Shown piece after piece: positions 9,961 to 21,525 of a stretch of 64,000 nt of DNA. The notes beneath the pieces are model-generated. The model was given only the letters and a program-made list of their open reading frames with translations. It was not told where the DNA came from and ran no database searches. Both the position numbers and the translations under genes were made by a program. The stretch is taken from the NCBI GenBank assembly GCA_963742735.1, contig CAVUMN010000004.1:608001-672000 (forward strand), read 5' to 3'. This DNA is from an uncultured Actinomycetes bacterium. Lineage in GTDB: Bacteria > Actinomycetota > UBA4738 > JBBDTT01. The first letter of the stretch is position 1. Each line of letters starts with the position of its first letter.

Positions 9961-10020
9961 GCCGTTCTCGCTGTACGTGCCGGTCCGCCGCCTCTCCCGC
10001 GGCTTGCGCGCGTCGAAGGG

Positions 10021-10683
10021 CTAGGTGGATCTGGTGCGCCCCGAGATCGCACGCATGACGGCTTCGGCCTCCCCCGCGTCGGGCGCGGATACCAGGATGA
10101 TCAGGTTCTCCTCCCGCCAGATCACGAACGTGTAGCCGGCGAGCTCTCCAGTTCCCGGTTGAATCCAGTAGGTTTCGATCCCGGCCACGTCCCGCTGATC
10201 CGGCTTTGCGTTGGCCTGGTCGGCGAAGCCGGCCACGAAGTTCCCGACGAAGTTCGGGGCACCGGCCCGGCCCGGGTCCGTCTCGATCACGATCAAACGA
10301 GCGACCTCGTCGCCGGCCGCAGCATCGACGGATCGAACCTCGACCTGTCGCACGATGCCCTGGCCGCCCCCCGCCCGGGTGAACTGCAGTTGGATCGCGG
10401 CGTAGGTTTCGTAGTCCAGGTTCGTGAGCTCGTACCCCTCGACGCCGAGGAAGACCGAGGTGACCGGAAGCGCCCGGACCGCGGAGGGCGTCGGCCGTGG
10501 ATCGTCGGCTTCGGCGGTGAGCCGGATCGCGTACGGGAGGGCCGCGAGCGGCGCGACGGCCAGCGGGATCCACCAGTTCCGGACACCCTTGCGCCGGAGC
10601 ACCAGCGCGGTGACCACGAGGGCAAGCGGGATGAAGATGACCCCGGCCAGCCTCCCGGCCTCGTAGGGGGTGAGGGCGATCAC
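10021..10683 (-). CDS. Hypothetical membrane protein
   Basis: GTG 10683 overlaps the ligase stop; two TM helices followed by a soluble domain. Confidence 0.65.
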   Translation of the reverse strand: MIALTPYEAGRLAGVIFIPLALVVTALVLRRKGVRNWWIPLAVAPLAALPYAIRLTAEADDPRPTPSAVRALPVTSVFLGVEGYELTNLDYETYAAIQLQFTRAGGGQGIVRQVEVRSVDAAAGDEVARLIVIETDPGRAGAPNFVGNFVAGFADQANAKPDQRDVAGIETYWIQPGTGELAGYTFVIWREENLIILVSAPDAGEAEAVMRAISGRTRST

Positions 10684-11721
10684 CAGCCCTGGCCCTGGAA
10701 GAGTGCGTCCAGCTCCTCCTGGGTCCCGGTCGGGTACAGCTGCTCGAAGGTGCACTGTTCGGGCGGCTTGTCGGGGCGCCATCGGACGAACCGTGCGCCG
10801 TGGCGAATGCGATGGCCGGTGACCTGATCGAAGCTCACCTCGACCACCAGCCGGCCGTCGAGCGGCTGGAACTCCGCCTCCTCCTCCGCCCGCCACCGGC
10901 TGGCGCCGCCGGGGCGTGCGCCGGTGAACGCGTCTCCGCCCCGATGGGGCTCGAGCACCTTGACCAGCTCCTTGCGCTCGGCGGCCTTGAACCCGCTCGT
11001 GAAGCCCACGTGATGGAGCTTGCCCTCGTGGTAGAGGCCCAGCAGCAGGGAGCCGACCGCGGTGCCTTCCTGGTCCTTCGCCCACCGGAAGCCGGCCACG
11101 ACGAGGTCGGCCGTCCGCAGGCGCTTGACCTTGATCATCTCCCGCTCGCCGGAGCGGTACGGACGGTCCGTTCGCTTGGCCACCACCCCGTCGAGGCCGG
11201 ACACGTCGAACTCGGTGAGCCATCCCGCGGGCCACGTCGGGGTCGGTCGTCTGCGGCGACAGCAGCAGTGGCGGTTTGGCCTTCGCCAGCGCTCGCTCCA
11301 GGCGTGCCCGCCGCTCCCCGAACGGCGTGTCGCGGAGGTCGTCGTCGCCCTCGGCCAGCAGGTCGAACGCCACGAACGACGCGGGGGTCTCCTTGGCGAG
11401 CCTGGCGACGCGCGACGCCGCCGGGTGGATCCGCTGGAGCAGGGCGTCGAAGTCGAGCCCGCCCGGCCCGAAGATGACGATCTCCCCGTCGAGCACCGCC
11501 CGCGACGCCGGGCCCGAGCGGATCGCCGCCTCGATGTCGGGGAAGTAGCGGTTGAACGGGAGCTGCTTGCGAGACGTGATCTCGACCTCGTCGCCGTCCC
11601 GGAAGCACAGGGCGCGGAAGCCGTCCCACTTCGGCTCGTAGGCCCACGTCGCCCCGGTCGGGACGTCCGCGGCGGTCTTCGCCTCCATAGGGGCGAGCGG
11701 CGGCGGGAAGGGCAGCTTCAC
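10680..11721 (-). CDS. ligC: ATP-dependent DNA ligase LigC (frameshift near 11225)
   Basis: YEPKWDGFRA (adenylated Lys), LDGEIV, FVAFDLLA, then GLDGVVAK, MIKVK, GSLLLGLY, RHGARFVRWRPDK; one extra base at 11224-11226. Confidence 0.9.
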
Positions 11722-12237
11722 GGGTTGTAGGTCGGGCGCTCGGACGGCTTCCTTCGCGAACGGCGTGAAGTGGGCCACGCGGACCTTCAGGAACAGGGCC
11801 CGGGCCTCGACCGCGACCTCGCCGTCGACGGTCCCGGTCATGACCGCGAAGATCTTGCGCCCCTCCTCGCGCTCGACGTGGCCCTCGAGCTCGAGGGTCG
11901 AGCCGACCGGCACCGGCCGGCGGAAGTCCACCTCGATGCGGGCGGTGACGGCGAGCGTCTTCAGGAGCCACAGCAGGAACCCCATCGCCTCGTCCATCGC
12001 CGCCGCGACGACCCCGCCGTGGGCCAGACCGGGCGCGCCCTGGTGGTGCTCGGTCACCGTGAACGAGCCCCGAACCTTCAGGTCCCCGCCCACCATCCGC
12101 ATGTGCAGTCCCGTCGGGTGCTCCGCGCCGCACCCGAAGCACTTCACGTAGTGGGAGGGCAGCGGGCGAAGGCCCTCGCCCTCGATCCCGGCGTGCGGGT
12201 CGCCCGGCACCCCGACGGCCCGGGATTCGTCGCTCAT
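11718..12237 (-). CDS. PaaI family thioesterase (probable extra base near 11742)
   Basis: CFGCG, HQGAPGLAHGG...MDE hot-dog motif; removing one base gives ...VERPTYNP* with TGA overlapping the ligC GTG. Confidence 0.85.
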
Positions 12238-13031
12238 CAGGTCGCGAAGAGCCGGCGGCGGGCTCGCCTGCGGCCCACCGCGTAGCCGATCCCGTAGCCG
12301 AGCCCGCCCGCGGCCGCGGCTCCCGCGCCGGCTGCGGATGCGATGAGAGCGCGGCGCCGCCCGGTCCGGAAGTCGAGCACCGGCCAGCCTCGCTGCCGCG
12401 CGAGCGCCAGCAGGCTGTGGTCCGGGTTGGTGGCCACGGGGTTGCCGACCATCTCCAGCAGCGGCAGGTCGTTCAGGGAGTCCGAGTACGCGTAGGACTG
12501 CGCCAGGTCGATCCCCTCGGCCTCCGCAACCTCCCGCACTCGGCGGGCCTTCTCCTCGCGGTGACAGAGGTCGCCGTCGAGCTCACCGGTGTAGACGCCG
12601 TTCGCGTCGACCTTCGCCCGGGTGCCGATCACCCCGTCGAGCCCGAGGTCCTCCCCCATGAGCGCCAGCAGGTCCTCCGGCGAGGACGACGAGACATACA
12701 CCCTCCGGCCCTGCCGTTGGTGACGCGCGATCAGCTCCAGCCCCTGCGGATAGAACCGGGGCGCCAGCTCGCGGCGGACGATGCCGCGTCCGACGTCGAG
12801 GACCTCCTCCCGCCGGCGGCCCTTGGCGCCCGCCAGGGCGCCCTCGCGCGCGCGGTCGATCTTGTCCTGGTCCTCGGTGCCGAAGACGATGAACCCCAGC
12901 TGGTCCAGCGCGAACCGGGCGAGGTCCTTCGGCCCGATGACCTTGCGTCGGAACATCTCCCGCGCGATGGGGAACAGGCTCGAGCCGGGCAGAAGCGTCT
13001 TGTCGAGGTCGAAGAAGGCGGCTTGGGTCAC
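12237..13031 (-). CDS. HAD-IB family hydrolase (SerB-like)
   Basis: FFDLDKTL, SYAYSDSLNDLPLL, NPD; C-terminal hydrophobic anchor. Confidence 0.9.
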   Translation of the reverse strand: MTQAAFFDLDKTLLPGSSLFPIAREMFRRKVIGPKDLARFALDQLGFIVFGTEDQDKIDRAREGALAGAKGRRREEVLDVGRGIVRRELAPRFYPQGLELIARHQRQGRRVYVSSSSPEDLLALMGEDLGLDGVIGTRAKVDANGVYTGELDGDLCHREEKARRVREVAEAEGIDLAQSYAYSDSLNDLPLLEMVGNPVATNPDHSLLALARQRGWPVLDFRTGRRRALIASAAGAGAAAAGGLGYGIGYAVGRRRARRRLFAT

Positions 13032-13112
13032 GGAGAACCTCGTTCGGCTGGGAGATCGAAGTGTAGCCGGGGGGGTTCAGGCCGGGGGCCGCCGCGACTA
13101 AGCTCCCTCGCC

Positions 13113-13622
13113 ATGGCGGAACGACGATCCGGGCAGGAGCCGAGCGCGCGGCTGACGCGCGCCGCGGCGGAGCGCCTCCAGGCCGAGCTCGAGGAGCTGA
13201 CCGGGCCGGGACGGGCCAACATGTCCGTCCGGCTCCAGCACGCCCGTGAGCTGGGGGACATCAAGGAGAACGCCGAGTACGACGCCGCCAAGAACGAGCA
13301 GGGGCTGATGGAGGCCCGCATCCGCCAGATCCAGGCGATGCTCAAGGACGTCCAGCTCGTGGAGGGCGTCGCCGACGAGGACCACGTCGGCGCCGGCATG
13401 CTCGTGACGCTTCGCCCCCTGGACGACGACGACGCCGACCCGGAGACGTACCTGCTGGCCCACTCCAAGGAGGAGCGGGTGGCCGGCGCGCGGACCATCA
13501 CGCTCGAGTCCCCGCTGGGGAGCGTGATCGCCGGCAAGGGCGTCGGCGACCGGGTGACCTACGCTGCTCCCGGCGGCGAGTTCTCCTACGAGGTCGTCTC
13601 GTTCCAGCCGAACTCGGGGTAG
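13113..13622 (+). CDS. greA: Transcription elongation factor GreA
   Basis: ARELGDIKENAEYDAAK, ESPLG; TAAGCT 8 nt upstream of ATG. Confidence 0.93.
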   Translation: MAERRSGQEPSARLTRAAAERLQAELEELTGPGRANMSVRLQHARELGDIKENAEYDAAKNEQGLMEARIRQIQAMLKDVQLVEGVADEDHVGAGMLVTLRPLDDDDADPETYLLAHSKEERVAGARTITLESPLGSVIAGKGVGDRVTYAAPGGEFSYEVVSFQPNSG

Positions 13623-13657
13623 GCAGGCCCGGGGAACCGGCACATACTGACCGAGCA

Positions 13658-15325
13658 ATGCCCCGACTCTGGCGCCCCGCTCTTCCGCTCGGCGTGCTCG
13701 CAATCGCCGTCTTCTATGTGCTGCCCAGCGCGACCGCGCAGAGCATCTTCTACGACGTCTTCGCCTTCGTGTTGGTCGCGGGCATCGTCGCCGGCATCCT
13801 GATCAACAAGCCCGAGCGCTGGCGGCTGTGGGTCATGCTGGCCCTCGGGCAGGGCCTGTTCCTGGCCGGCGACGTCCTGTGGGGCATCTACGACCAGTTC
13901 CTGCACGTGGACCCGTTCCCGTCCAAGGCCGACGTGCTCTACCTGCTCGGCTACCCGCTCATCGCGGCCGCCCTGGTGATGCTGCTGCGCCACCGCTCGC
14001 CCGGCCAGGACCGTCGCGGGCTGATCGACGCGATGGTGATCTCGGTGGGGCTCGGCCTCCTCGCCTGGGTGTTCCTGATCCGCCCCTACGCCGTCGACCA
14101 CACCCTCACCCTCGCCGAGCAGGTCATCTCCATTGCCTATCCCACGATGGACGTGCTCCTGGTGGCGATCGCCGCGCGATTCGCGCTCAGCGCGGGCTCG
14201 CGAGTTCCGTCCTTCTACCTGCTGATGGCCGGGCTGGTGGTGCTCCTGGGAGCCGACGCGGCGTACCTCTACGGAGACCTCTCCGGCGCCTACGGCACGT
14301 CCACCGGGAGCCTGGTGGACGGCGCCTACCTGGTTCCCTACCTGCTGATCGGGGCGGCCGCGCTCCATCCCTCGATGCGGCGCCTCTCCCAGCACGACCC
14401 GCTGCCGCAGGGCCGGCTGACCTGGTCGCGGCTGGCGCTGCTCGGGGCCGCGTCCCTGACCGCGCCCGCGGTCCTGGCGATCCAGGCGGCCCGCGATGAG
14501 CCGATCGACGTGCCCGTGATCGTGGGGGGCTCCGTGATCCTGTTCCTGCTGGTGCTGACCCGCATGGCGGGGCTCTTCCGCGAGGTGGAGGCAAACGCGG
14601 GCGAGCTCGAGTTCCAGGGCGAGGCCCTGCGCTCGGCCCTCAGCGAGCTGCGGGAGACCGAGGCCGACCGGCGCCGGCTGCTCGACCGCATCCTCTCGGC
14701 GTCCGACCGCGAGCGCATGCGCCTGGCCGCGGACCTGCACGACGGCCCGATCCAGCGCCTGGCGAGCATCAAGTACGGGCTGGAGCGGGCGCGTCTCCAC
14801 CTGGAACGGGGCAAGTACGAGTCGTCCCGTCAGCTCCTTGGGGACGTCGAGCGGCAGCTCTCCCTGGAGACCCACGCTCTGCGCCGGCTCATGGCCGAGC
14901 TCCGCCCGCCGGCCCTCGACGAGAGCGGCCTGGTGGGGGCGGTGCGCGATCAGGTGGTCGGGTTCGAGCGGGAGACCGGGGTCGACTGCGATCTGCAGGC
15001 CGACGTGGAAGGACGGCTAGACCCCGAACTCGAAACGGTGCTATACCGCGTCATTCAGGAGGCGCTGACGAACGTGGCAAAACACGCGAGAGCCCGGCAC
15101 GTCGAGGTGAAGATCCGCTCGCTGGACGGCATGGTGGACCTCGACGTGATCGACGACGGTCTGGGGTTCGACCGCGGACGTGCCAGCGAGAAGGCGCGCA
15201 ACGGCCACCTCGGCCTGATCGCCATGCGGGAGCGTGTCCAGATGGCGGGGGGCACGTGGGCCGTAGACTCCGTTCCCAACGAGGGCACCCGGGTCCAGGT
15301 CCGATTCGAGAAGGTGAGCGCGTAG
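13658..15325 (+). CDS. Multi-TM sensor histidine kinase (HisKA_3 type)
   Basis: About 9 TM helices; ERMRLAADLHDG, QEALTNVAKHA, DDGLGF, HLGLIAMRERV. Confidence 0.93.
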   Translation: MPRLWRPALPLGVLAIAVFYVLPSATAQSIFYDVFAFVLVAGIVAGILINKPERWRLWVMLALGQGLFLAGDVLWGIYDQFLHVDPFPSKADVLYLLGYPLIAAALVMLLRHRSPGQDRRGLIDAMVISVGLGLLAWVFLIRPYAVDHTLTLAEQVISIAYPTMDVLLVAIAARFALSAGSRVPSFYLLMAGLVVLLGADAAYLYGDLSGAYGTSTGSLVDGAYLVPYLLIGAAALHPSMRRLSQHDPLPQGRLTWSRLALLGAASLTAPAVLAIQAARDEPIDVPVIVGGSVILFLLVLTRMAGLFREVEANAGELEFQGEALRSALSELRETEADRRRLLDRILSASDRERMRLAADLHDGPIQRLASIKYGLERARLHLERGKYESSRQLLGDVERQLSLETHALRRLMAELRPPALDESGLVGAVRDQVVGFERETGVDCDLQADVEGRLDPELETVLYRVIQEALTNVAKHARARHVEVKIRSLDGMVDLDVIDDGLGFDRGRASEKARNGHLGLIAMRERVQMAGGTWAVDSVPNEGTRVQVRFEKVSA

Positions 15326-15754
15326 ATGGCCGAGAACGCACCACGGCTCCTGCTTGTCGACGACGACGGCGGCATCCGCCAGGCGCTCCGCAACCTGCTC
15401 GAGGACGAGGGGATGGACGTCGTCGGCGAGGCCGGTGACGGCGCCGAGGGCGTCGAGCGCGCCAAGGAGCTCACCCCCGACGTCATCCTGATGGACATGC
15501 GCATGCCGGGCATGGGCGGGATCGAGGCCACGAAGCTCATCAAGGACGTCCTGCCCACCACGCAGATCGTCATCCTCTCGGTGTACGACGACCAGGTCCT
15601 GCTGCAGGACGCGAGCCAGGCGGGCGCGTTCGCCTACCTGGTCAAGGGCTGCTCCGCGAAGACCATCCGCGAGACGATCAACAAGGCCCATGCCCTGAAG
15701 CACGACCTCGACGGCGGCTCGTCGGGCAACGGCGAGGCCGCGCCCGAGGCCTAG
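15326..15754 (+). CDS. Single-domain response regulator (receiver only)
   Basis: LLVDDD, ILMDMRMP, YLVK; no output domain. Confidence 0.9.
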   Translation: MAENAPRLLLVDDDGGIRQALRNLLEDEGMDVVGEAGDGAEGVERAKELTPDVILMDMRMPGMGGIEATKLIKDVLPTTQIVILSVYDDQVLLQDASQAGAFAYLVKGCSAKTIRETINKAHALKHDLDGGSSGNGEAAPEA

Positions 15755-16536
15755 CCGCCCTTCGGCTGGCAGGCCGGACACCAGAACGTCACGCGCTCCC
15801 GCGTCGGTTCGCCCTGCATCCCCCGTTCGATTCGGGTGCCGCACCGGCGACAGCTCTCTCCGGCTCGCCCGTAGACCCAGTGCCGCCGTCCCCCTCGCGG
15901 GTCACCGGTGGTGATCTGCCGGCCGGTGTGACGGTTGGCCTCCATGAGGCGCTTCATGAGGTCGACCAGGCGCGGGAGGTCCACCGCGCCGGCCGGCGTC
16001 CACGGGTGGACGCCTCGCAGGTACAGGGCCTCCGACTTGTAGACGTTGCCCGGTCCCGCGATCAGACGTTGATCCACCAGGGCCTCACCGATCGGGCGCG
16101 CCGGATCGGCTCCGAGGTTGGCGGCGGCGGGCTCGGGGTGCCAGTCGGGTCCGAGGACGTCCGGGCCCAGGTGGCCGACCACGTCGTCCTCCCGGTCCGT
16201 GCGGAGCAGCTCGACGATCCCGAGCTTGCGGCCCACGGCGATCCACGGCTCGGTCTCCAGCACCGCTCGGATCTCGTCGCCCGGCCGCTCCCATCGTTTG
16301 CCGGGCTGGTACAGCCGCCACTCACCGTCCATCTTGAAGTGGGTGTGCAGCGTGAGCCCGCCGTCGGTCCGGGTCAGCAGGTGCTTTCCGCGAGCGACGG
16401 TTTCCAGGACCGTCTGGCCCGACAGATCCGCGGTGGCGTGCTGGGGGACCCGAAAGTCCGTGCGGGTCAGGACCTGTCCCGACAGCGCCGCGTCAAGCCG
16501 CCTGGCTGCGAGATGAACCGTGTCCCCTTCAGGCAT
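15751..16536 (-). CDS. nei: Fpg/Nei DNA glycosylase (Nei2-like)
   Basis: MPEGD N-terminus, RGKHLL, H2TH GPGNVYKSE, CRRC...CPACQ zinc finger; lies downstream of lhr. Confidence 0.9.
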   Translation of the reverse strand: MPEGDTVHLAARRLDAALSGQVLTRTDFRVPQHATADLSGQTVLETVARGKHLLTRTDGGLTLHTHFKMDGEWRLYQPGKRWERPGDEIRAVLETEPWIAVGRKLGIVELLRTDREDDVVGHLGPDVLGPDWHPEPAAANLGADPARPIGEALVDQRLIAGPGNVYKSEALYLRGVHPWTPAGAVDLPRLVDLMKRLMEANRHTGRQITTGDPRGGRRHWVYGRAGESCRRCGTRIERGMQGEPTRERVTFWCPACQPKGG

Positions 16537-16589
16537 GTGAGGATCGAACCATGGGTCGAGGGCGTCGACGATCGCCGTTCAGGGGCATC

Positions 16590-16799
16590 ATGCGCCGGCT
16601 CGCCGGCAACGAGGACGAGGACGAGGTCGGCGACTATGACGTGATCGATCCCCATCCGCGCGCGGACTGGCGCTGGCAGCACTGGACCATCGGGCCAGGA
16701 GTTCGTCGTTTCACGATCCGAGACTTCCTGGTTCGCCTCGGGATCCTGGCCGCGTTCCTCGTGTCGGTCTTCCTCGGAGCATGGCTCCTCTACCGATGA
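16590..16799 (+). CDS. Small single-TM protein
   Basis: Acidic N-terminus and C-terminal TM helix; ATGA-coupled to the next ORF. Confidence 0.5.
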   Translation: MRRLAGNEDEDEVGDYDVIDPHPRADWRWQHWTIGPGVRRFTIRDFLVRLGILAAFLVSVFLGAWLLYR

Positions 16800-17065
16800 G
16801 GCACAGCGAGCGACAGGGCTGGCTGAGCCGGGTTCGAGGATGGATCGGCAGCGGAGGGCGCTGGCAGGGGAACGCCGTTGATGAGGCGCACCAGCGGGCC
16901 GGAGAAGCCGGCTTTCCGGGAAGGCGCGCGCTCAGTACCCGTCGGGCCTATTACTTGCCCTCTCGCAGATCCCTCGCGCGATTCCTCATGTTCGCGTTAG
17001 CGGCGGCGGCGGCGTTTCTGCTCGTCGTCTTGTTGATCTCGGCGATCGGCGAGATCCTCGACTGA
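16796..17065 (+). CDS. Small single-TM protein
   Basis: ATG 16796 overlaps the previous stop; C-terminal TM helix. Confidence 0.5.
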   Translation: MRHSERQGWLSRVRGWIGSGGRWQGNAVDEAHQRAGEAGFPGRRALSTRRAYYLPSRRSLARFLMFALAAAAAFLLVVLLISAIGEILD

Positions 17066-20000
17066 TTAGGCGCGGAGGCGGAGGCCCTTGGTGGTCTGGC
17101 GGAAGCCGGCGCCGGCGAGGGCCGTCGCCAGGGGGGTGTTGTCGAACACGGTTTCGCCGTCGGACTTCTCGACGGTCAGGGTTCCCAGCAGGCCGTCGCG
17201 GATCGCGAGGGCGAGCGCGTCGACGGCGCGCTGGATGTCCTCGGGGTCGCCGGTGTAGGTGAGCAGCGTCCGCCCGCCCTTCTCCACGTAGACCACGAGC
17301 CGTCCGTCGACCAGGACCACCGACGCGCCGGCCTTGCGGCCCGGACGGTGTCCCGCCCGCTCGGCGTCGCGCTCGGGCCACGGCAGTGCCGCCCCGTACG
17401 CGTTCGCGGGGTCCGACGCGGCGAGGACCAGCGTGAGCGGGTCACGGGGATCCTCGCCCATGCCGCGCATGCGGTCGACGGCGCCCGGCAGCGCGAACTG
17501 CGCGCCGCCGAGGCCCTCCACGAAGTAGCCGCGCCGGCATCGGCCCGACTCCTCCATCGCCTTCAGCACGCCGTAGACGCCGGCGAACCCGCCCGTCACG
17601 TGCTCGGACATCGACGCGCCGCGGGTCACGATGCCGTGGCGCTGCAGGAGCTGCTCGGCCGCGGCGTGCAGGCGCCGCGTCGGGTCGGCCTCGCGGCCGG
17701 GGAGCAGGCTCCATCGTCCGGCACCGGCGGGGGGCCCCAGCCGGCTCGGCAGCGGCGGGCCACGTCGGGCCGTCCGGCGCCGGGGTGACGCCTTCAGCCC
17801 GCCCGCGGTGTAGGCGCGAAGGGCGGCGAGCGTGTCGTTCGTGGCCAGCCCGGCCCACACGAGCTCCCACAGCGAGGAGAGCACCTCCCGGTCGTCGGTC
17901 GAGCCCACGGCGTCGACGATCTGCCGGAAGAACAGGGCGCCTTGCGACTCGAGCGCCTCGCGTACCGCCTCGGCGCCCGGCGAGAGCTCCACGGGCATGG
18001 GGGAGGGCAGGAGCAGGGCCGACCGGTCCGCGGTCGCGAGCACCACCCAGCCGTCATCGTGGCCGAGGGCGCCCGCGCCGGCCCACACCACCTCCCCCGA
18101 GGCGGTCAGCTCGTCCAGGAGCCGGGGCTCGAACCCGGGCAGGCGCGCGGGGAGGACCTGTCGTTCGAGGGCCGAGGCCGGGACCGGCGCCCCCTGCAGC
18201 TGCTCGACGGCGCGGAACACCTCGTCCAGGCCGGAACGCCGCGCGCCCGAGGGCCCGAGCCCCTGCCACGCCACCAGGAACCTGGCGAGGGCGTCCTGCG
18301 GCACCGGCTCGACCTCTCGGCGAAGGGCCGCCAGCGATCGCCGGCGAAGCCGCCGGAGCACCTCGGCGTCGATCCACTCTCGCGCGGCCCCGCCGGGGCG
18401 GAACTCGCCCTGGACCACCCGCCCGGTCCCTTCCAGCCGGCGGAGCGCCTCCGCCGCCACCGCCACGCCGATGCCCAGCCGGCCGGCGGCCTCCTCGGCC
18501 AGGAACGGCCCGTGGGTCCGGGCGTACCGCGAGACCAGGTCCCCGAGGGGATCCTCGACGGGCTCCAGCAGCGATTCCGGGACCCCCGGCGGAAGCGCCA
18601 CGCCGAGCCCGTCTCGCAACCGCGCCGCGTCCTCGACGGCCGCCCATCGCTCCTCGCCCGCGACCCGGATGGCGATCGCCTGGTGCGAGGCGCGGAGCTC
18701 GTCGAGCCAGGCCTCCACCTTCGCCGGCTCGTCCGATCGGGCCGCCGCCTCCGCGGTCGAGAGGTCCCCGAGGCGTAGCAGCAGGTCGTGCAGCGCCTCC
18801 GGCCCCCGGGCCTTCCGGTCGCCGGTCAGGTGCTGGAGCTCCAGCTCCAGGTCGCCGAGCGCGGCGGAATCGATCAGGTCGCGGAGCTCCTCGCGGCCGA
18901 GCAGCTCCGCCAGAACGCTTCGGTCCAGCGACAGGGCCTGCGCCCGCCGCTCCGCCAGCGGCGCGTCTCCCTCGTACATGAACGCGGCCACGTATCCGAA
19001 CTGCAACGACGAGGCGAACGGGGACGGGAACGGAGTGTCGACCTCGACCACCCGGATCTCCCGGCGGCGGATCGCCCCCATCAGCTCCTGGAGGCCCGGC
19101 AGGTCGAAGACGTCCTGGAGGCACTCACGGAACGTCTCGAGGATGATCGGGAAGGTCCCGTACCGGGACGCGACCTGGAGCAGCCCGGCGCTGCGCTGTC
19201 GTTGCTGCCACAGCGGCGTGCGTGACCCGGGCCGGCGGCGGGGCAGGAGCAGGGCCCGTCCCGCGGACTCCCGGAACCGGCTGGCGAACAGCGCCGAGGA
19301 GCCGACCGCCGCCACCACGAGCTCCTCGATCTCCTCCGGCTCGAACAGGATGGAGTCGGCGGGCGGGACCTCGTCGGCCTCGGGCAGGCGAACGACGATC
19401 CCGTCGTCGGTGTACATCGTCTGGACCTCCAGGCCGAGGCGCTCCCGGACCCGGGACTCGATGGCCTGCGCCCACGGCGCGTGGACCGGCGCCCCGAACG
19501 GGGAGTGCACGCACACCCGCCAGTCGCCGAGCTCGTCGCGGAACCGTTCGATGACGATCGTCCGGTCGTCGGGCAGCGCGCCGGCCGCCTCCAGCTGCTC
19601 CTCCAGGTAGCCGGTCAGGTTGCGGGCGGCGTTCTCGTCCAGGCCGGCGTCCCGGAGCCGGGCGAGGCGCCCCTCCTCCGGCAGCGCGACGAGCTCGCGG
19701 ACGTAGGCGCCCCGAGCGCCCGCCCAAGCTCGACCGGCCGCCCGGGCGCGTCGCCGTGCCAGAAGGGCATCTTCCCGGGCTGGCCGGGCGCCGGCGTGAC
19801 CAGGACGCGGTCGTGGGTGATCTCCTCGATCCGCCACGAGGACGCGCCCAGCACGAAGACCTCGCCCGGGCGCGACTCGTAGACCATCTCCTCGTCCAGC
19901 TCGCCGACGCGGGTGCCGCGCCCCCGGCCAGGAACACGCCGAACAGGCCGCGGTCGGGGATCGTCCCGCCGCTGGTGACCGCCAGCCGCTGCGCGCCCGG

Positions 20001-21482
20001 CCGCGCGGTGAGGGTGTCGCGCACGCGATCCCAGGTGAGCCGCGGGCGGAGCTCGGCGAACTCGTCGCTCGGGGTATCGTCCGGACAGCATGTCCAGGAC
20101 GCTCTCCAGGCCACTGCGCGGAAGCTCGGCGAACGGCGCGGCGCGGTCGCACGAGCGCCTCGACCTCGTCGACCGTCCACGCGATCCATGGCCGTCATCG
20201 CCACGATCTGCTGGGCGAGGACGTCGAGCGGGTTGCGGGGGTAGCGGATCGCCTCGATGGCGCCCGGCCGCCATGCGCTCGACGACCACGGCCGACTGGA
20301 CCAGGTCGCCCCGGTACTTCGGGAACACCACGCCGCGGCTGACCTCGCCGACGCGGTGGCCGGCGCGGCCGATCCGCTGCATGCCCGGTGGCCACCGACG
20401 TGGGCGACTCGACCTGGATCACCAGGTCGATCGCGCCCATGTCGATGCCGAGCTCCAGCGAGCGAGGTCGCCACCACCGCGGGAAGGCGTCCCCGCCTTG
20501 AGGTCCTCCTCGATCTGGAGCCGCTGCTCGCTGCTGACGCTAGCCGTGGTGCGCCCGCGCGAGGGGCTCGCCGGCGATCTCGTTGAGCCGCGCGCACAGT
20601 CGTTCGGCTAGGCGCCGCGAATTCGCGAACACCAGGGTCGACGGTGTGCTCCCGGATCAGCTCGACCAGGCGCTGCTCGACCGCCGGCCACACGCTGGTG
20701 CGCTCCTCCGGTGAGCGCGGATCGCTCGCCGATTCGCCCGGGGCGGCGAGGTCCTCGACGGGGACGACGACTGACAGGTCGAGCCGCTTCTCGCTCGGGG
20801 GCTGGACCACCGTGACCGGGCGGCCTCCGGCCAGGAACGCGGCGACCTCCTGGACCGGACGGACGGTGGCGGATAGGCCGATCCGTTGCGCGGGCCGCTC
20901 CAGGAGGGCGTCCAGGCGCTCGAGGGACAGCGTCAGGTGGGACCCGCGTTTCGTCGCGGCGACCGAGTGGATCTCGTCGATGATGACGGTCTCCACGGAG
21001 CGAAGCGCCTCGCGGGCCTGGGAGGTGAGGATCAGGTAGAGCGACTCGGGCGTGGTGATCGAGGACGTCCGGCGGGGTGCTTGCCGAAGCGGCGGCGGTC
21101 CTCGGCCGGCGTGTCGCCGGTCCGGACCGGGACGTCCACGGAGGGTTCCGGGAGGCCGAGCCGCTGAGCGGCGCCGCGCATGCCCACCAGAGGGGAGCGC
21201 AGGTTCCGTTCGACGTCGACCGCGAGCGCCTTCAGGGGCGAGACGTAGACCACGCGCAGCCGTCGCGACGGCTCGAGGGGTGCCGGGTCGTTGGCCAGGC
21301 GGTCGAGGGCCCACAGGAACGCGGCGAGGGTCTTGCCCGAGCCCGTCGGGGCCACGACGAGGGCGTGCTCGCCGGACGCGATGGCGTCCCACGCCCCGGC
21401 CTGAGCCGGCGTGGGCTCGGGAAACGCCGCCTGGAACCACCCGCGGGTGGCCGGGGAGAAGCGATCGAGGGGGGAGGCGCAC
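17066..21482 (-). CDS. lhr: Large helicase-related protein Lhr, long form (multiple frameshifts in the 5' half)
   Basis: APTGSGKT, YVSPLKAL, IIDEIH, IGLSAT, QRIGRAGH, VTSGGTIPDRGLF, GELDEEMVYE; intact CTD (RRGYFVEGLGGAQF, DPANAYG, RKAGA). Confidence 0.9.
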
Positions 21483-21525
21483 GGGTCGATCCTAGACGCC
21501 GGGGCCGATACGGCTCTTAGACGGA

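Noticed and set aside
10021-12237. Apparent 738-aa thioesterase-ligase-membrane fusion ORF
   Set aside because: Two single-base insertions (about 11742 and 11225) explain it; correcting them gives three normal GTGA-coupled genes.
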